This document shows positions 61,163 through 64,000 of a stretch of 64,000 nt of DNA, in pieces. The notes under the pieces are model-generated. The model did not search any database and was not told the DNA's origin. It saw only the letters and a program-made list of their open reading frames with translations. Both the position numbers and the translations under genes were made by a program. Position 1 is the stretch's first letter. Every line of letters starts with the position of its first letter. The stretch comes from an uncultured Pseudomonadota bacterium (lineage in GTDB: Bacteria > Pseudomonadota > Alphaproteobacteria > Rs-D84): positions 27,129 to 91,128 of the forward strand of contig CAMOGA010000002.1 of NCBI GenBank assembly GCA_946613885.1. Reading direction: 5' to 3'.

Positions 61163-63640
61163 TTAAAATTTATTATGATTTTGAATAAATGTCCGCATGT
61201 ATTCTGCATCAAAATGCATCATGATTTGCGATAGTGAAAATTCACGTTTATTGTTCGCATATATTGTTAAATCTATTGGTTCTACACCACTGGATGTTCC
61301 GCGTAAAACCAATTGTATTTGTGCGAACATTTCGTTGTCATCTATTTCCAAAGCGCCAGATGCATCAACATGTTTCATTGATAATGTTAATGGTCGTATT
61401 GTTTTTATATCGCCATTATTATATATTCCCATTATGTGCATTTTCTTTATGTTTGTTGTTCCATAATTTAATGCAGCTGATAAACGTTGTTCTGCGTTTA
61501 AACTTGTTATGTCATTGGCGGTTGCATAAAAATTATCAAGTCCCAGACCGTATATTATTCCGCCGTCAAAAGATGCATCAAATGTTCCATGCATATTATC
61601 AATAATATCACGTGCTATCAATCCAGATGTGTCCAAATTAATTTCCGCTGTTATATCGGTGTCAGAGATATTTAACGGGGTGTTTTCAGGCAATAATTTT
61701 TCATTGAAAACAAATTTGTTTAATTGAATATTTAAAGCATACTTTGTTTTATTTTTATTAATTGTTGCCAATAAATTTCCACGATTTGAATCTGATATTG
61801 AAAAATTTTGGGTATTATCGCGTTTCGAATAAATGAAATTATCATATGTTTGTTTATTGTAAATCAAAGCATCGGCAGATAATGCAATATTTGATTTTAA
61901 TTCAAAAGGTATTGTTAATGGGTGTGCAACAAAGAAGGCTAATTCTTCATAATTATCGAAAAATTCGGCATTAATAACAGAATCTATATCCAAAACATCT
62001 GTTTTTAGAGTAATTGATTTATTTGATGCAGAACCGGTAAATTTAAAACCGTCTATTTCAATTGTTAAATTTGAAATATTATTTTTACGATATTTTCCAG
62101 ATATCATATACGGCATATCGCGTAAAAATTGTAAATCAACCCCATTAAACCATTGCTTAAAATTATTACCATGAATTGTAAAGAAATCATTTTTTGTTGC
62201 GATTTGCCATGTTTCTGATTTAGGTATAAAAATCATAGAATCGTATTCCCACACAAAATCACCGTCTTCTTTTAACATAGTTTCTGGTAAAAACGGTAAA
62301 TCAATATTTGCCCATAACAAATTTTTATCATGCACAAATTCATACTTTATGTCATATGTATCGCGATTTATTTTTATTGTGCCGGCCATATCAGGAAAAT
62401 CAAATTTTATAATTCCGATATTTCCAAAGCGTTTTGCAGAATTTATAATTGCTTTTATATCTGATATTTTTTCTGTGGAATAAACATTAGTGATAAATGT
62501 TTTTTTATCAACAGATATATTTCCATACAAAGATTGCCCATATGAAAATTTATCGCAAGACCATTTTGTGGGGGAACCATTAAATATACATGTTGTGTTA
62601 ACACCGTTTTCTGGCAAAGATACGTATAAATTATGTGCGCCATACGCATCAATTGTTCCGCCAGTAATTCGCATCTCGTCTGCAATAATTGTATTGATTT
62701 TTATTTCTTGTTCTGTCCCGACAGTCATAATTTTTACATGATGAAATTTTTTATCAACAAATCGCAAATCGCCATAAAAATCTAAATTAAATGTCGCATT
62801 TTTTAATATGTCCGGATTATATAGAAAAAAAGATAAATCATAATTCGCATTTCTGGATTTTAATTTCACTGTTTTATATCCATTGTTATGAAATTCCACA
62901 TCACCTGTGACACCGTTCGCAGATATATTATAAAAATTGACACCATATTTACCATCCCATGTCATGTCTGCAACAACAGGAAATTGTCCAGTAATACGCG
63001 GTTTATCAAATTCAAACCATCGATTTATGTTTTGTGCGATTATTTCAATGTGTGCGGTTGCTGTCCCGTCATCAAACAATTCACCAGATAAATGTAAATC
63101 ATTATTTTTATTTTTGATTACAAACGAATTATTGTGTGATTTTATTTCGTATTTATGTTGGTCTGTTCGAACAATAGCATTAACGTCACTGTCAGACATT
63201 TCTGCGTATATGATATTGTATTCTTTGTTTAAAAATTGTATTGCTGAATTATTCACAATAATTTTTGTATTTATTGTAAAAGGAACGATTTTTTCAATTA
63301 ATAACGATGCACCATTTACGATAATATCGCCAGATATATTTGCGTTTTGAATATCAAAAATATCGAAAAAGGGGATTGAAAATTCGGCAGATTCAACCAT
63401 ACCATTTGGAACAGATATATTATGTGCGATAATGCGCGCTGTTCCAACCAAAGAAAAATTTATATTCCCATTTATTTTTGCCGATACACCTGTTTTATTT
63501 GTAATAATATTTTCAATTTTTGGTTTGATATAATTTAAATTTATCATTGGTGGTACAATCATAACAGCCAATACAATCAAAGCCAAAATTGAACTAATCA
63601 GCCAAACAAATTTGTTCTTAAAAATATTTTTGATGGACAT
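61163..63640 (-). CDS. AsmA-like protein
   Basis: N-terminal TM then PPMINLNYIKPKIE..I..KTG....INGNI; beta-rich; C-terminal G.IYGL.L..NGDI. Confidence 0.75.
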   Translation of the reverse strand: MSIKNIFKNKFVWLISSILALIVLAVMIVPPMINLNYIKPKIENIITNKTGVSAKINGNINFSLVGTARIIAHNISVPNGMVESAEFSIPFFDIFDIQNANISGDIIVNGASLLIEKIVPFTINTKIIVNNSAIQFLNKEYNIIYAEMSDSDVNAIVRTDQHKYEIKSHNNSFVIKNKNNDLHLSGELFDDGTATAHIEIIAQNINRWFEFDKPRITGQFPVVADMTWDGKYGVNFYNISANGVTGDVEFHNNGYKTVKLKSRNANYDLSFFLYNPDILKNATFNLDFYGDLRFVDKKFHHVKIMTVGTEQEIKINTIIADEMRITGGTIDAYGAHNLYVSLPENGVNTTCIFNGSPTKWSCDKFSYGQSLYGNISVDKKTFITNVYSTEKISDIKAIINSAKRFGNIGIIKFDFPDMAGTIKINRDTYDIKYEFVHDKNLLWANIDLPFLPETMLKEDGDFVWEYDSMIFIPKSETWQIATKNDFFTIHGNNFKQWFNGVDLQFLRDMPYMISGKYRKNNISNLTIEIDGFKFTGSASNKSITLKTDVLDIDSVINAEFFDNYEELAFFVAHPLTIPFELKSNIALSADALIYNKQTYDNFIYSKRDNTQNFSISDSNRGNLLATINKNKTKYALNIQLNKFVFNEKLLPENTPLNISDTDITAEINLDTSGLIARDIIDNMHGTFDASFDGGIIYGLGLDNFYATANDITSLNAEQRLSAALNYGTTNIKKMHIMGIYNNGDIKTIRPLTLSMKHVDASGALEIDDNEMFAQIQLVLRGTSSGVEPIDLTIYANNKREFSLSQIMMHFDAEYMRTFIQNHNKF

Positions 63641-63699
63641 TATTCTCTTTCCTTGTAATTTCATTATAATGAATTATACTGTGCTATGTGAATAAAAAA

Positions 63700-64000
63700 A
63701 TGAAAAAAACGAAAAGTATTTTTTCTTTGGAATCTGATTATGCGCCGATGGGGGATCAACCAACGGCGATTGCTGAATTGGTAAACGGGGTAAAATCCGG
63801 TCAAAAATCTCAGGTTTTATTAGGTGTGACCGGGTCTGGAAAAACTTTTACAATGGCAAATGTGATTGCCGAATTATCACGTCCAGCAATGATTATGGCA
63901 CCGAACAAGATTCTGGCGGCGCAATTATATACAGAAATGAAATCTTTTTTTCCGCATAATCATGTTGAATATTTTGTGTCTTTTTATGATTATTATCAAC
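63700..64000 (+). CDS. uvrB: Excinuclease ABC subunit B (5' part)
   Basis: Manual translation: [56 protein letters not shown]. Confidence 0.98.
   Translation, partial: MKKTKSIFSLESDYAPMGDQPTAIAELVNGVKSGQKSQVLLGVTGSGKTFTMANVIAELSRPAMIMAPNKILAAQLYTEMKSFFPHNHVEYFVSFYDYYQ

Overview
AT-rich chromosomal segment of a small-genome, LPS-making alphaproteobacterium. The alphaproteobacterial call rests on tRNA signatures, rpmI-rplT-pheS-pheT without infC and virB3/virB4; an uncultured gut lineage of the Rs-D84/Ca. Enterousia type is my inference, not verified. Housekeeping genes include pheST, rplT, rpmI, mreCD-mrdA-rodA-topA-dnaG, ychF, rpmJ, lpxK, lpxC, gyrB, ung, aspS, asmA-like and uvrB. Interleaved with them are a virB3-virB4 pair followed by two HExxH secreted paralogs, an R64-type IVb pilus cassette (pilO-P-Q-R), three tRNAs, a repeat-delimited accessory island after tRNA-Met, and a surface-polysaccharide locus carrying an orphan phage tail-fibre gene. 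Top observations: (1) an apparent miniature translational T-box riboswitch ahead of aspS, whose UGGC bulge matches tRNA-Asp GCCA, with a GAC codon upstream and a three-way SD-sequestering switch; I know of no T-box in Alphaproteobacteria. (2) tRNA-3'-end-like repeats bracket accessory gene blocks like cassettes, with no integrase in the window. (3) Two tRNAs have C55 instead of the near-universal U55. (4) A Cas2/VapD-like gene has a putative antisense RNA or invertible promoter. All calls come from reading motifs; no searches were run.
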